From Gemmatimonadales bacterium (GTDB lineage: Bacteria; Gemmatimonadota; Gemmatimonadetes; Gemmatimonadales; GWC2-71-9): a DNA stretch of 64,000 nt. The notes beneath the pieces were generated by a model that was not told the origin of the DNA, did not search any database, and worked only from the letters and a program-made list of their open reading frames with translations. Location: NCBI GenBank assembly GCA_041615815.1, contig JBFJCP010000017.1, forward strand, positions 1 to 64,000, read 5' to 3'. Within the stretch, counting starts at the first letter, position 1. Each line of letters begins with the position of its first letter. Made by a program: the position numbers and the translations under genes. Shown one piece after another: positions 38,289-47,808 of the stretch.

Positions 38289-39635
38289 ATGTTCGAGCGG
38301 CAGCCTGCGAAGTGCAAGCGTATTCTGCAAACCGTCGCCTGGTGGGTCGCGATGACGGCCACCGTGTCGCTGGTGGCGTGTGGTGAGGGGCCAGTGGCCG
38401 CCGTCGTGGGCGCTATGCCCACGGGTACGCCCGAGCCTCCCGTGGCCGCGATACCCGTGATCCAGGGCCTCGAGGCGGCGCTGGAGGCCACAGAGCCCGT
38501 GCTGGTGCTCGCCCCTGGTGAGCGGGTGCCGATTCAATGCCAGGCGATCGTGGATGGATCGACGGTGCCCGTTCCGGCGTTGGTCGAATCGCTCCGCGGT
38601 ACGGTGGTTGGAGGGCTGTGCGGGGATCTCGTCGTGACGCGGTCGGGAATCGATACGCTCCGCGTCGCCTTCGGCGGACTCGAGACCGACGTTCCCCTGG
38701 CGGTGGCCATCCCACCCAGCGTCACGCCCGCCCTTGGAGAAGACCTCAGGGCGGACAGCCTTCCGGCGGGTGTGGGGCCCTGGGCTCCGAGTGCCCGTGT
38801 GAACTCGCAGGGGCAGGTGGAAGTCTACTTTACGGGGTACTACGAGGCGCCGGGCCAAGGGAACGGTTATCGCGGCCATTTGCATCGGTTGGTATCCGAC
38901 GACGGCAGTCAGTTCAGATACGACGGCGTTGCAATCCAGCATGAGCCAGATCACTGCACACTCACCGGGAGCGGTATCGAGAACATCAACATCGTCCCGC
39001 GGGCGGACGGTCCGGGGTGGCGGATGTTCTTCGCGGCAGGATCGTTCGGGTGCTACGGATGGCAGGTGTTCTCGGCGGTATCGTCCGATGAGCGCACGTG
39101 GACCGTCGAGCCCGGTGTGCGACTCGACAACGGCGGCACGACTCCACCAGAGACGCCCGTGTCCGCGCCGTGGCCCGTGGGGGAAGGGATCGTGACGGAA
39201 CGTCTCGAGTCCGGCGAATGGCGGATGATCGTTTCGGGATACGAGCGGCGGTACCCGCGAGAGGACAAGTTCCAGATCGTCGAGTGGCGGTCGCCCGATC
39301 AGTTGGAATGGACCTATATGGGCCCCCTGTTTTCGACGGACGACATGCCGCGAGAGGGGCAGGCCTCGGTCTACAGCCCCACGATTCAAGAAATCGAGCC
39401 AGGGCTCTGGCGCATGTTCTTCACCGCGGACAACCGTCACGACCCCGACGGGCGCAGCGGAATTTGGAGCGCCGTCAGCGTCGACAAGACGCGGTGGGTG
39501 CTCGAAGGTGAAGTGATCGGAGCCCCCGGTGTTTGGATTCGCTATGCCGCCCTGGCCAACCAGCGCCTCTACTATGTTCGCAGGGACGGCAACGGTCCAC
39601 GGCGCCTCACAACCGCGAGAGTCATCACGCGTTAG
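38289..39635 (+). CDS. Lipoprotein with a probable five-bladed beta-propeller (glycoside hydrolase-like)
   Basis: Lipobox SLVA-C and repeated blades (EVYFTG...SDDG, WRMFFAA...SSDERTW, WRMIVSG...SPDQLEW, WRMFFTA...SVDKTRW). Confidence 0.65.
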   Translation: MFERQPAKCKRILQTVAWWVAMTATVSLVACGEGPVAAVVGAMPTGTPEPPVAAIPVIQGLEAALEATEPVLVLAPGERVPIQCQAIVDGSTVPVPALVESLRGTVVGGLCGDLVVTRSGIDTLRVAFGGLETDVPLAVAIPPSVTPALGEDLRADSLPAGVGPWAPSARVNSQGQVEVYFTGYYEAPGQGNGYRGHLHRLVSDDGSQFRYDGVAIQHEPDHCTLTGSGIENINIVPRADGPGWRMFFAAGSFGCYGWQVFSAVSSDERTWTVEPGVRLDNGGTTPPETPVSAPWPVGEGIVTERLESGEWRMIVSGYERRYPREDKFQIVEWRSPDQLEWTYMGPLFSTDDMPREGQASVYSPTIQEIEPGLWRMFFTADNRHDPDGRSGIWSAVSVDKTRWVLEGEVIGAPGVWIRYAALANQRLYYVRRDGNGPRRLTTARVITR

Positions 39636-39668
39636 CATTCGGGCGTCGCACCCGCCATTTTTCCCCAC

Positions 39669-40736
39669 ATGCGAATCGCGAGCATCGTCGGAGCACGTCC
39701 GCAGCTCATCAAGGCGGCCGTGGTGTCGGAAGCGTTGCGCCGGCAACACGAGGAAATCCTCGTGCATACCGGCCAGCACTACGACGCCACGATGAGCGAC
39801 ATCTTCTTCGAGCAGCTGGAGCTTCCGAGTCCCGATCACCACCTCGGCATTGGGTCCGGGACCCACGGGGCGCAGACCGGGCGGATGCTGGAAGCGCTCG
39901 AATCCGTGCTGCTGGAATGCCGTCCGGACATCGTCCTGATCTACGGCGACACCAACAGCACGTTGGCGGGCGCACTCGCTGCGGTGAAGCTCCACCTCCC
40001 CGTGGCGCACGTCGAGGCAGGATTGCGGAGCTTCAACCGGCGGATGCCGGAAGAGATCAATCGTGTCGTGGCCGATCATCTTTCAGCGTGGCTCTTCTGC
40101 CCTACCCAAACCGCCGTGGACAATCTGGCGCGCGAAGGCATCACGCGGGGCGTGTATCTCGTCGGGGATGTGATGTACGACCTGCTTCGCGCCATCCGGG
40201 CTCGGTCACCGGCTGCCGACGGGGTGGTGCAGGAGATGCGGGCCATCCGTGGCGGCTACCACGTTGCCACCGTCCACCGGGCGGAGAACACGGACGATCC
40301 CGAGCGACTCCGACGAATCCTTCGCGGGCTCGCCGCGCTCTCCCGCCCGGTCCTGTTCCCCGTGCATCCCCGAACCCGCAAAGCGATCGAAGAGGCCGAG
40401 CTGTGGCCACTGCTGGAAGACAGCTCCGTCCGTTGTTGCGAACCGCTCGGGTACATTGCCATGGTGCAGCTCGTCGAGGGGGCCTACAGTATCGTGACGG
40501 ATAGCGGCGGGCTCCAGAAGGAGGCTTACCTCTTGGGCGTGCCATGCGTCACGGTGCGCGACGAGACCGAATGGCTGGAGACGCTGGTCGATGACTGGAA
40601 TGTGCTGGCCTCAGGCGACGTCGATCAGATCGTAGCCGCCGCCGAGCGCGGGGCGCCACCCACCCCGCCAAAGCCGGCCTTTGGCGATGGTGCAGCCTCA
40701 GACCGGATCGCCCGACTGGTGGAGTCCTCGGCCTGA
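39669..40736 (+). CDS. wecB: UDP-N-acetylglucosamine 2-epimerase (non-hydrolysing; WecB/WbpI-like)
   Basis: GARPQLIK, HTGQHY, YGDTNST, HVEAGLRS, PEEINR and TDSGGLQKEA. Confidence 0.93.
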   Translation: MRIASIVGARPQLIKAAVVSEALRRQHEEILVHTGQHYDATMSDIFFEQLELPSPDHHLGIGSGTHGAQTGRMLEALESVLLECRPDIVLIYGDTNSTLAGALAAVKLHLPVAHVEAGLRSFNRRMPEEINRVVADHLSAWLFCPTQTAVDNLAREGITRGVYLVGDVMYDLLRAIRARSPAADGVVQEMRAIRGGYHVATVHRAENTDDPERLRRILRGLAALSRPVLFPVHPRTRKAIEEAELWPLLEDSSVRCCEPLGYIAMVQLVEGAYSIVTDSGGLQKEAYLLGVPCVTVRDETEWLETLVDDWNVLASGDVDQIVAAAERGAPPTPPKPAFGDGAASDRIARLVESSA

Positions 40737-41966
40737 ATGGCAAATCCCCAACGGCGCGCAGCGATGCTCGTCCTCTCGAGTTATCCCGAAGATGTCCGTG
40801 TGCGTCGCGAGGCCATGGCGCTGCGGGACGCTGGATGGAGTGTGGACGTCTACGCCGCTCGGTCGAATGGGCAGGCGCGGACTCAGGTCGTCGATGGGAT
40901 TCGCGTGGTCCGGGCCCCATTCGGGCGCCGCCGTGGATCGCGGCTACGGTATGCTGCGGAGTACGCGGCCTTCATCCTTTGGTCCAGTTGGGCCATGCTG
41001 CGCGCACCCCGCTACGCCGTGGTGCAGGTCCACACCTTGCCGGACTTCCTGGTGCTTGCGGCCACTCCGGCCCGGTGGCGGGGTGCATCCCTGCTGCTCG
41101 ATTTGCACGAGATTGCGCCGGAGTTCTACATGCAGAAGTACCGCGCCCCCCGCACCCACTGGGCGGTGCGGCTGCTCGCCCGCCTCGAGCAAGCGAGCAT
41201 TCGGTACGCGGACAGCGCCATCACGGTCAACGAGCCCCTGAAGACCCGTTTTGTCGAGCGAGGAGCCGATCCCGCCCGCCTCGGGGTCGTGATGAATTCC
41301 GCCGACGACCAGCTGTTCGCGCAGGGCAGCGGACCATACCTGCAGGGAGCAGAACCCGCCCATCCCCTCGCGCTCGTCTATCACGGCTCGCTCCTTCCTT
41401 ACTATGGCTTGGATCTGGCCATCCGGGCGGTCGCCCGGATCCGGAGTCGATGGCCCATCGAGCTCCACCTATTTGGCGCTGGCGAAACGGTGCACGTGCT
41501 TGAGCGCCTAGCGGCGGAGCTCGACGTGACCGATGCCGTCCGGTTTCATGGTCGGGTGCCGCACGCGAAGCTGGCCGCCGAGCTGCGTAGGAGGGGGGGA
41601 GGCATCGTGCCGACCCGTCCGGGTCCCATGCTCGATTTGTCGCTGTCCAACAAGTTGCTGGAGATGGCATGCCTCGGGATGCCTGTGGTCGCGGCCGGCC
41701 TCCCGTCCTATCGGCAGTACTTCGGAGACGACAGCGCCATATATTTTCAGCCGGGGAATCTGGACGACTTGACCAACGCCCTCCACCGCTTTGCCGGGAT
41801 GGGACCGGGCGAGCGAGCCAACTTGGCCGCTCGGTTGTGTCGTGCCTACGGACCGTGGGATTGGGCGCGGCAGCGGGCGGAGTATCTCCGGATCGTCACC
41901 GAGGCCTCGGAGAACGGCAGGTCGGGCTTGGCCGAGCACCACCCAGGTGGTACACCGAGCGCCTAG
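40737..41966 (+). CDS. Glycosyltransferase family 4
   Basis: YPEDVRVRREA, LDLHE, YHGSL and SNKLLEMACLGMPVV. Confidence 0.85.
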   Translation: MANPQRRAAMLVLSSYPEDVRVRREAMALRDAGWSVDVYAARSNGQARTQVVDGIRVVRAPFGRRRGSRLRYAAEYAAFILWSSWAMLRAPRYAVVQVHTLPDFLVLAATPARWRGASLLLDLHEIAPEFYMQKYRAPRTHWAVRLLARLEQASIRYADSAITVNEPLKTRFVERGADPARLGVVMNSADDQLFAQGSGPYLQGAEPAHPLALVYHGSLLPYYGLDLAIRAVARIRSRWPIELHLFGAGETVHVLERLAAELDVTDAVRFHGRVPHAKLAAELRRRGGGIVPTRPGPMLDLSLSNKLLEMACLGMPVVAAGLPSYRQYFGDDSAIYFQPGNLDDLTNALHRFAGMGPGERANLAARLCRAYGPWDWARQRAEYLRIVTEASENGRSGLAEHHPGGTPSA

Positions 41967-42020
41967 CTCAACCGAAGCATCGACTTCTTCATCCTTTTTC
42001 TTCGTGAGTGAGGAAACGCC

Positions 42021-43196
42021 ATGCAGGTGCCTTTTGTCGATCTACGGGCCATGCACGAGGAGGTTCGGCAAGAAATTCAAACGAAGTGGTCCAAGCTCAT
42101 TGACGACTCCGCGTTCGTCGGGGGACCGGCGGTCACGGAGTTCGAGAAGGCGTTCGCGACATTCTGCGACGCGCGGCACTGCGTGGGGGTAGGGAGCGGG
42201 ACGGATGCGCTCAGGATTGCGCTCCAGGCCGTGGGCGTCATGTCCGGAGAGCTCGTCGTGACGGTTCCCCACACGTTCATCGCCACTGTCGAGGCCATTA
42301 CCCAGGTGGGGGCGGTCCCCGCTTTCGTAGACATCGACCCCGTTTCCTACACCATGGACATCGCGGGGCTGGAGCAGTTCCTGCGCCAAGACTGCGTGCG
42401 GCGGGACGACATGCTCGTGCATCGGGCGACCGGGCGGCGGATCGCGTGCCTCCTCCCCGTCCACCTTTATGGCCAACCCGCCGACATGGATCCCCTGATG
42501 GGGCTGGGGCGGGAATTCGGTCTCCCGGTGGTCGAGGACGCGGCCCAGGCGCACGGGGCGACGTACCGTGGGCGGCCCTGCGGATCGCTCGCCACCGTGG
42601 GGGCGTTCAGCTTCTATCCAGGCAAGAACCTCGGCGCCATGGGTGAGGCCGGTGCCATTACGACCGACGATCCCAAAATCGTCGACCGGTGTCGCGTCCT
42701 CCGAGAGCACGGACAGCGCGAGCGCTACCTCCATATCAGAGCCGACGGCAGCAACGCGCGGCTCGATGCGGTGCAGGCCGTGGTGCTCTCCGCCAAGCTC
42801 CCCCGTCTCCATGACTGGAACGAGCACCGCCGCCAAGTTGCGGCGTGGTATCGCGAACGTCTGAGCGATGCCGACCTCGTCCTGCCCACCGAGATGCCCT
42901 ACGCCGCCCACGTGTACCACGTGTACGTCGTCCAGGTGGCGGATCGGAATGGAGTCCGGCAGCGGCTGGGTGATGTGGGCGTGGCAACGGGATTGCACTA
43001 TCCAGTCCCGCTCCATCTGCAAGATGCCTACGCGGACCTCGGGTTGGCCGCGGGCGATTTTCCGGTGAGTGAGACGGTTGCCTCCAGAGGTCTCTCGCTT
43101 CCGATGTTCCCCCATATGACCGAAGCGCAGGTCGATCGCGCCGCGAGCGCGGTGCGCGAGGCCGTCACACAAGCCCCAGCCCTCGACCGCCGGTAG
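42021..43196 (+). CDS. DegT/DnrJ/EryC1/StrS PLP-dependent sugar aminotransferase
   Basis: PVHLYGQ, EDAAQAHG, SFYPGKNLG and HYPVPLH. Confidence 0.93.
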   Translation: MQVPFVDLRAMHEEVRQEIQTKWSKLIDDSAFVGGPAVTEFEKAFATFCDARHCVGVGSGTDALRIALQAVGVMSGELVVTVPHTFIATVEAITQVGAVPAFVDIDPVSYTMDIAGLEQFLRQDCVRRDDMLVHRATGRRIACLLPVHLYGQPADMDPLMGLGREFGLPVVEDAAQAHGATYRGRPCGSLATVGAFSFYPGKNLGAMGEAGAITTDDPKIVDRCRVLREHGQRERYLHIRADGSNARLDAVQAVVLSAKLPRLHDWNEHRRQVAAWYRERLSDADLVLPTEMPYAAHVYHVYVVQVADRNGVRQRLGDVGVATGLHYPVPLHLQDAYADLGLAAGDFPVSETVASRGLSLPMFPHMTEAQVDRAASAVREAVTQAPALDRR

Positions 43197-43201
43197 CAAC
43201 C

Positions 43202-45130
43202 GTGTGCGGCATCGCTGGAATGCTCGCCTTCGATCCGGCGCGTGACGTTGGCGATGCCGTCCGCAGCATGACCCGGGCGCTGGCCCACCGCGGACCCGAT
43301 GGCGACGGGTTCGAGTACGTCTGGCGTCGGGCGGCCGCACTGGGTCATCGTCGACTCAGCATCATCGACGTGGATGGCGGGGCCCAGCCGATGGAGAACG
43401 AGGACGGGCAAGTATCGATCGTCTTCAACGGAGAGATCTACAACTTCCGCGAACTGCGTCACGAGCTCGTGGCGTGTGGACATGCCTTTCGAACCCGCTC
43501 GGACACCGAAGTCCTGATTCACGGTTGGGAAGAATGGGGGGTGAGGCTCCTCGAACGCCTCAACGGCATGTATGCGTTTGCGCTCTTCGACGGCCGTACG
43601 GCTCCGGGGAGCATTTGGCTCGCGCGAGATCCGGTAGGGGTCAAGCCGCTCTACCTGGGCCGCGGGCCGTGGTGTTGGTGGTTTGCGAGCGAGCTTCAGG
43701 CCGCGCGCGAGGGAGGGGTGCTGGAGGCGTCCATCCGGAACGAGTCCCTCGAAGAGTATCTCGTCTATCGGTTCGTGCCGTCACCGGCGACGCTGTTTCG
43801 CGACACATGGAAAGTCCCGCCCGGCCACTGGTGTCGATTGCCGTTACCTGCGCTCCCCGCCGAGCCCACCTTCGAGGCGTTCGCTCCCGCCTTTGCGCCC
43901 GCAGTGCTGCCCAAGCGACGGGAAGAGTGGATGGAAGCCGTTCGTGACGGGCTGCGGGGGGCGGTTCGGCGCCAGCTCGTCTCCGACGTGCCGCTCGGCG
44001 CCCTGCTGTCGGGCGGGGTCGATTCCACGGTCGTCACGCGACTCATGACTGAGGCGTTGCCCGATCCGCCCCAGGCCTTCGCGATCGGTTTTCGGGAGGA
44101 GGGACCGGACGGAGAACTCGGGGCTGCACAGCTGGCCGCTGACGCGCTCGGGGTGCCGCTGCACCGAACCGAAGTCGGCGAACGCGAATTCTTGAGGGCG
44201 TGGCCGGACCACGTGGCCAAGATGAGCGAGCCCATCGGGAATTCGGGCGTTCAGCTCATCGGCCATCTCTGTCAGAGCGTGGGCTCCCATCGCAAGGTCG
44301 TGTTGACCGGTCAAGGAGCGGACGAGCCGTTGGGAGGATACCCCCGCCATGCCGCTGAGCGGTTGGCGCCATGGCGGCATGCGTTACGACCGCTCCTGGC
44401 GTTGACCCCGCCTATGGTTGCGCGCGGTGATCGGGTGAGCCGGCTGCGGCGCGTCATGCGGGAAGGGGATGAAGCGCGGCGCTTCGCGGAGATCCTGGCG
44501 GTGTTTGCCCCCGCGGAAGCGGTGTGGCTAACCGGAAGCGACCGCGATCCCGATTGGCTCGTGTCACCGGTACGGCGGTGGCTCCCGGCGCACGACGATG
44601 GCTCGGCTGTCAATCGACTCCTACGCGTCGACGCCCGTCTCTCGCTGGCCGACGATCTGCTCATCGTGGCCGACCATACCGCCATGGCGTCGTCAGTCGA
44701 GCTCCGGGTTCCATTCCTCGATCTCGAGTTCTTGGCGCTCATCGATCGCATGCCGGCCCGCTACAAAGTCTCCCTCCTCGGCGAGCGCAAGTGGCTGTAT
44801 CGGGATGCCGTCCGGCCCCTCCTTCCCGAGGCCATACGGCGGGAGACCACGGGGTGGAAGGCCCGTACGGGCCGCAAGCTCGGGTTCACGACCCCGCTGG
44901 ACCGATGGTTTCGCGGCTGGGTCGAGCGGGACGCCACGCGGGACCTCCTGGGCCCTTCCGCGTGTCTGCCGGACTATCTGGAAGGCGACCGCCTGCGAGA
45001 GCTCTTGACCGATGTACGGGAGCGGCGTCTGGCGCGGGAACGTCAGTTGCTCGCGCTCTACGTTCTGGAGACGTGGTTGCAGCGAGTGCTCAAAGGAGTC
45101 GCCGCGCGGGCACCGCAACTGGCCGGATGA
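43202..45130 (+). CDS. asnB: Second asparagine synthase-family amidotransferase
   Basis: GTG start then CGIAG, HRGPD, HRRLSIID, NGEIYN, LSGGVDS, GQGADE and ELRVPFLD. Confidence 0.9.
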   Translation: MCGIAGMLAFDPARDVGDAVRSMTRALAHRGPDGDGFEYVWRRAAALGHRRLSIIDVDGGAQPMENEDGQVSIVFNGEIYNFRELRHELVACGHAFRTRSDTEVLIHGWEEWGVRLLERLNGMYAFALFDGRTAPGSIWLARDPVGVKPLYLGRGPWCWWFASELQAAREGGVLEASIRNESLEEYLVYRFVPSPATLFRDTWKVPPGHWCRLPLPALPAEPTFEAFAPAFAPAVLPKRREEWMEAVRDGLRGAVRRQLVSDVPLGALLSGGVDSTVVTRLMTEALPDPPQAFAIGFREEGPDGELGAAQLAADALGVPLHRTEVGEREFLRAWPDHVAKMSEPIGNSGVQLIGHLCQSVGSHRKVVLTGQGADEPLGGYPRHAAERLAPWRHALRPLLALTPPMVARGDRVSRLRRVMREGDEARRFAEILAVFAPAEAVWLTGSDRDPDWLVSPVRRWLPAHDDGSAVNRLLRVDARLSLADDLLIVADHTAMASSVELRVPFLDLEFLALIDRMPARYKVSLLGERKWLYRDAVRPLLPEAIRRETTGWKARTGRKLGFTTPLDRWFRGWVERDATRDLLGPSACLPDYLEGDRLRELLTDVRERRLARERQLLALYVLETWLQRVLKGVAARAPQLAG

Positions 45131-45233
45131 TGGGGGAAGGATGTTCCGGATCCGCGTTGGGGCAGGAGATGGTTGAGGTGGTCACGGTCCCATCGGGCAC
45201 GATCGTACCGCGCGCTGGACCGTTGTCTCGCGG

Positions 45234-46814
45234 ATGCGGGTCGGCAGGGAGTCGGATGTGACGGCCGTCGAGCCGCCCACAGCGGTCGGGCGATGGCCCG
45301 AGGCGTTGGCCCGCTGGGTGGGGCCGGCCGTGGTCGTCGCCGGGATCGTGACCGTCGCCGTCGAGCTACCCATGCCGGGTGTCTTACTCACGACGACGGC
45401 GCTGCTGGCCCTCGGCCTCTTCGTGGCACCTCGCTGGGCGATGGCCGTGCTGGCGGTATTCCTCGTGTTGCAGACTCCCCTGGTCAATATCGTAGGCGGT
45501 CGCGAGGTCCCGCTGGGGCGGGCACTGCAGCGGGTGGACGAAGCCATCGCCGCAGCGGCAGCGATCCGGATCACGGTGCTGTTCACCTGGGCCCGCGTGG
45601 GTCGGCGGCTGGTTCCGTGGACCCTCTACGCCGGGGCGTTTTTGAGTGCCGGTGCGCTCTCCGCTCTCGTGGGTGGGGTCCCGATCACCACGTGGATGCT
45701 GGGAGCGTTCTTGGCGCTCAAGTTTCCCCTCTTCCTCCTGTTGGCGTTGAGCATCGACTGGACGCCGGACGACGCCAGGAGAATCGTTCGGGTCGCCCTG
45801 CTCGCCGGCCCCACGCTGCTGGGCATTGCCTTTCTCGTGTGGCTCATGCCCGGGTGGGTGCAAGCGATCTTCTCGGACGCCGTGGGGTCGGCAGGGGTCT
45901 ATATCCGCTCGGGGTTTCGTGTGCTCCATGCGCCGTTCGTGCACCCCGGCCTCTTTGGATGGGCGATGGCCGTGACCGGATGTTATGCGGCCGCGGCGCT
46001 GCTCGTGGGGCGCCAGACCAAACTCGCGACGGTGGCCTTGCTTTGCAGCGTCGTGGGAGTCTTGGGATCCCTGAGGCGCAAGCCGCTCATCGGTCTTCCC
46101 GTGGCTGTCCTGACTGCGGTGACCCGCGCCGGCACGGCCAAACGGCGGTGGGTGGTGTTGAGTGGTTTGGGTCTCCTCGCGCTCGTGACGGTGGTTGTAG
46201 CCCGACCACAGATCGAGGCCGTGGTGAGCGATACCCTGCAGTCCTATCTGGACCCGTACGCGCCGACGACGGCGCGCGTGCTCCTCTACGCGACGGGGTG
46301 GGACCTCGGTCTCACGCATTTTCCTTTGGGAGCTGGGTTTGGCCGATTTGGTGGATACGTCTCGGAACTCCACTACAGCCCCGTCTACGACGAGTACGGC
46401 CTCAGCGGGATCTATGGTCTGAGTCGCGCCGCGCCCTACTACCTCCAGGACACCTATTGGCCTCACGTGCTCGGGGAGGCAGGCGTGCTAGGGCTCCTAG
46501 TGCTGGCGGCCTTCTACCTCCACCTCTGGTTGCGTGTTGGGCGTGTCGGGCTGCGAGGCGGAGACGCGAGCATCAGGATTCTGGCCATCGGAGCGGCGGC
46601 CGCGTTGGTCGAGGCGGGAGTCGAGAGCATTGCGGGACCGATCCTCGAGGTCTCGCTTCCTGTCTACGTCGTGGCGGTCCCGCTGGGAATCGCGCTGGGG
46701 ATCGCGTTCAGCCTCGAGTCGACGTCGTCGAGCGAGCGGGACGAAGCTGGTACAGCACCACGTCCCACAGCGCCCACATCAGGGCCAGCACTGCCGCCAT
46801 CACCATCGCGGTGA
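45234..46814 (+). CDS. Wzy polymerase / O-antigen-ligase-like membrane protein
   Basis: About 11-12 TMs, PFVHPG, PLGAGFGRF and DTYWPHVLGEAGVLG. Confidence 0.75.
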   Translation: MRVGRESDVTAVEPPTAVGRWPEALARWVGPAVVVAGIVTVAVELPMPGVLLTTTALLALGLFVAPRWAMAVLAVFLVLQTPLVNIVGGREVPLGRALQRVDEAIAAAAAIRITVLFTWARVGRRLVPWTLYAGAFLSAGALSALVGGVPITTWMLGAFLALKFPLFLLLALSIDWTPDDARRIVRVALLAGPTLLGIAFLVWLMPGWVQAIFSDAVGSAGVYIRSGFRVLHAPFVHPGLFGWAMAVTGCYAAAALLVGRQTKLATVALLCSVVGVLGSLRRKPLIGLPVAVLTAVTRAGTAKRRWVVLSGLGLLALVTVVVARPQIEAVVSDTLQSYLDPYAPTTARVLLYATGWDLGLTHFPLGAGFGRFGGYVSELHYSPVYDEYGLSGIYGLSRAAPYYLQDTYWPHVLGEAGVLGLLVLAAFYLHLWLRVGRVGLRGGDASIRILAIGAAAALVEAGVESIAGPILEVSLPVYVVAVPLGIALGIAFSLESTSSSERDEAGTAPRPTAPTSGPALPPSPSR

Positions 46815-47790
46815 GCACGATCGCGCGCCGATGCGGGGCCGCCTTCCGGGACGGTTCGTTCGGCGTGTCGATGATCGACAGCGCCGGTGTGTCCCGCACC
46901 TCTTGGATGCGGGCGTGCTCCAGTTGCTGGCCGATTTGCGCGTAGACCCCTTGGACGCGCTCTACTTCCCGCCGCAGCCGGATTTCTTCGAACTGGAGCT
47001 CCGGCGAGGTGATCTGCCGGTTGCTTTCGTAGAATTTGCGCAGGGTGTCTTCGTGGGCGGTCAATGAGTCCCGCAGCGCGCGCCACCGCTCCTCGAGGAA
47101 CGTCCGTTCCGCGGATGCGCGCTTTGCTCGGATGGCGATGACCGTCTCGTCGAGCGCGTGCAGCACCGTGTCCGCCATGAGCCTGACGGCCCGCGGGTTG
47201 GGTCCTTGCAGCTCGAAGTAGACGATTCCCGTTCTGGGATCGGCGCTCGCGGCGAACCGCTGGCGGAGCGCTCGGAGGGCCCGGTCCCGCACCTTGGGGT
47301 CGAACTCGGAGGAACGGCCGAAAAACTCGTAGAGCGGCCGGAGCTCCCCTTCGTCCCCGACGGGGAACGACGCCATCAGCAGTCGTTCGTGCAGTGAGCG
47401 ACTCTGCAAGAGGTCCGCGTAGAACTGAGGGCTATTGGACGGCGGAGTCCCCAGACCAAAGCGAGCGCCCAGGCTCAAGATCGAGGCGTCCAGCTGGGGC
47501 GTCTGTCCTTCGTCGATCGTGAACGACGCGCCGCTGGCGAACCAGCGGGGGAGCAACAGAGCGACGATCGCGGCGAGGATCCCCGCCCCAAACACCAGCA
47601 GGAGCGTACGCCGCCGCGCTCGCCAAAGGGCATCGGGAAGCTGGCGGAGTTGGACGCCGTGGTGGATGACTTCCCGGAACCGCTGCCCCACGCCTGGTTC
47701 TCCCGGCGAGGCTCGCCCACCAGCCCCCCGCGGTGCCGCAATCTCGGTGTCGTCCGCGGGCAGTGTGGGTGGCGGTTGCACGCTACTCAT
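46708..47790 (-). CDS. Chain-length determinant (Wzz/GNVR-like co-polymerase)
   Basis: N- and C-terminal TMs, a coiled-coil and IIDTPNEP...PHR before TM2. No kinase domain. Confidence 0.8.
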   Translation of the reverse strand: MSSVQPPPTLPADDTEIAAPRGAGGRASPGEPGVGQRFREVIHHGVQLRQLPDALWRARRRTLLLVFGAGILAAIVALLLPRWFASGASFTIDEGQTPQLDASILSLGARFGLGTPPSNSPQFYADLLQSRSLHERLLMASFPVGDEGELRPLYEFFGRSSEFDPKVRDRALRALRQRFAASADPRTGIVYFELQGPNPRAVRLMADTVLHALDETVIAIRAKRASAERTFLEERWRALRDSLTAHEDTLRKFYESNRQITSPELQFEEIRLRREVERVQGVYAQIGQQLEHARIQEVRDTPALSIIDTPNEPSRKAAPHRRAIVLTAMVMAAVLALMWALWDVVLYQLRPARSTTSTRG

Positions 47791-47808
47791 CGATCGTACG
47801 CCTGGGCA

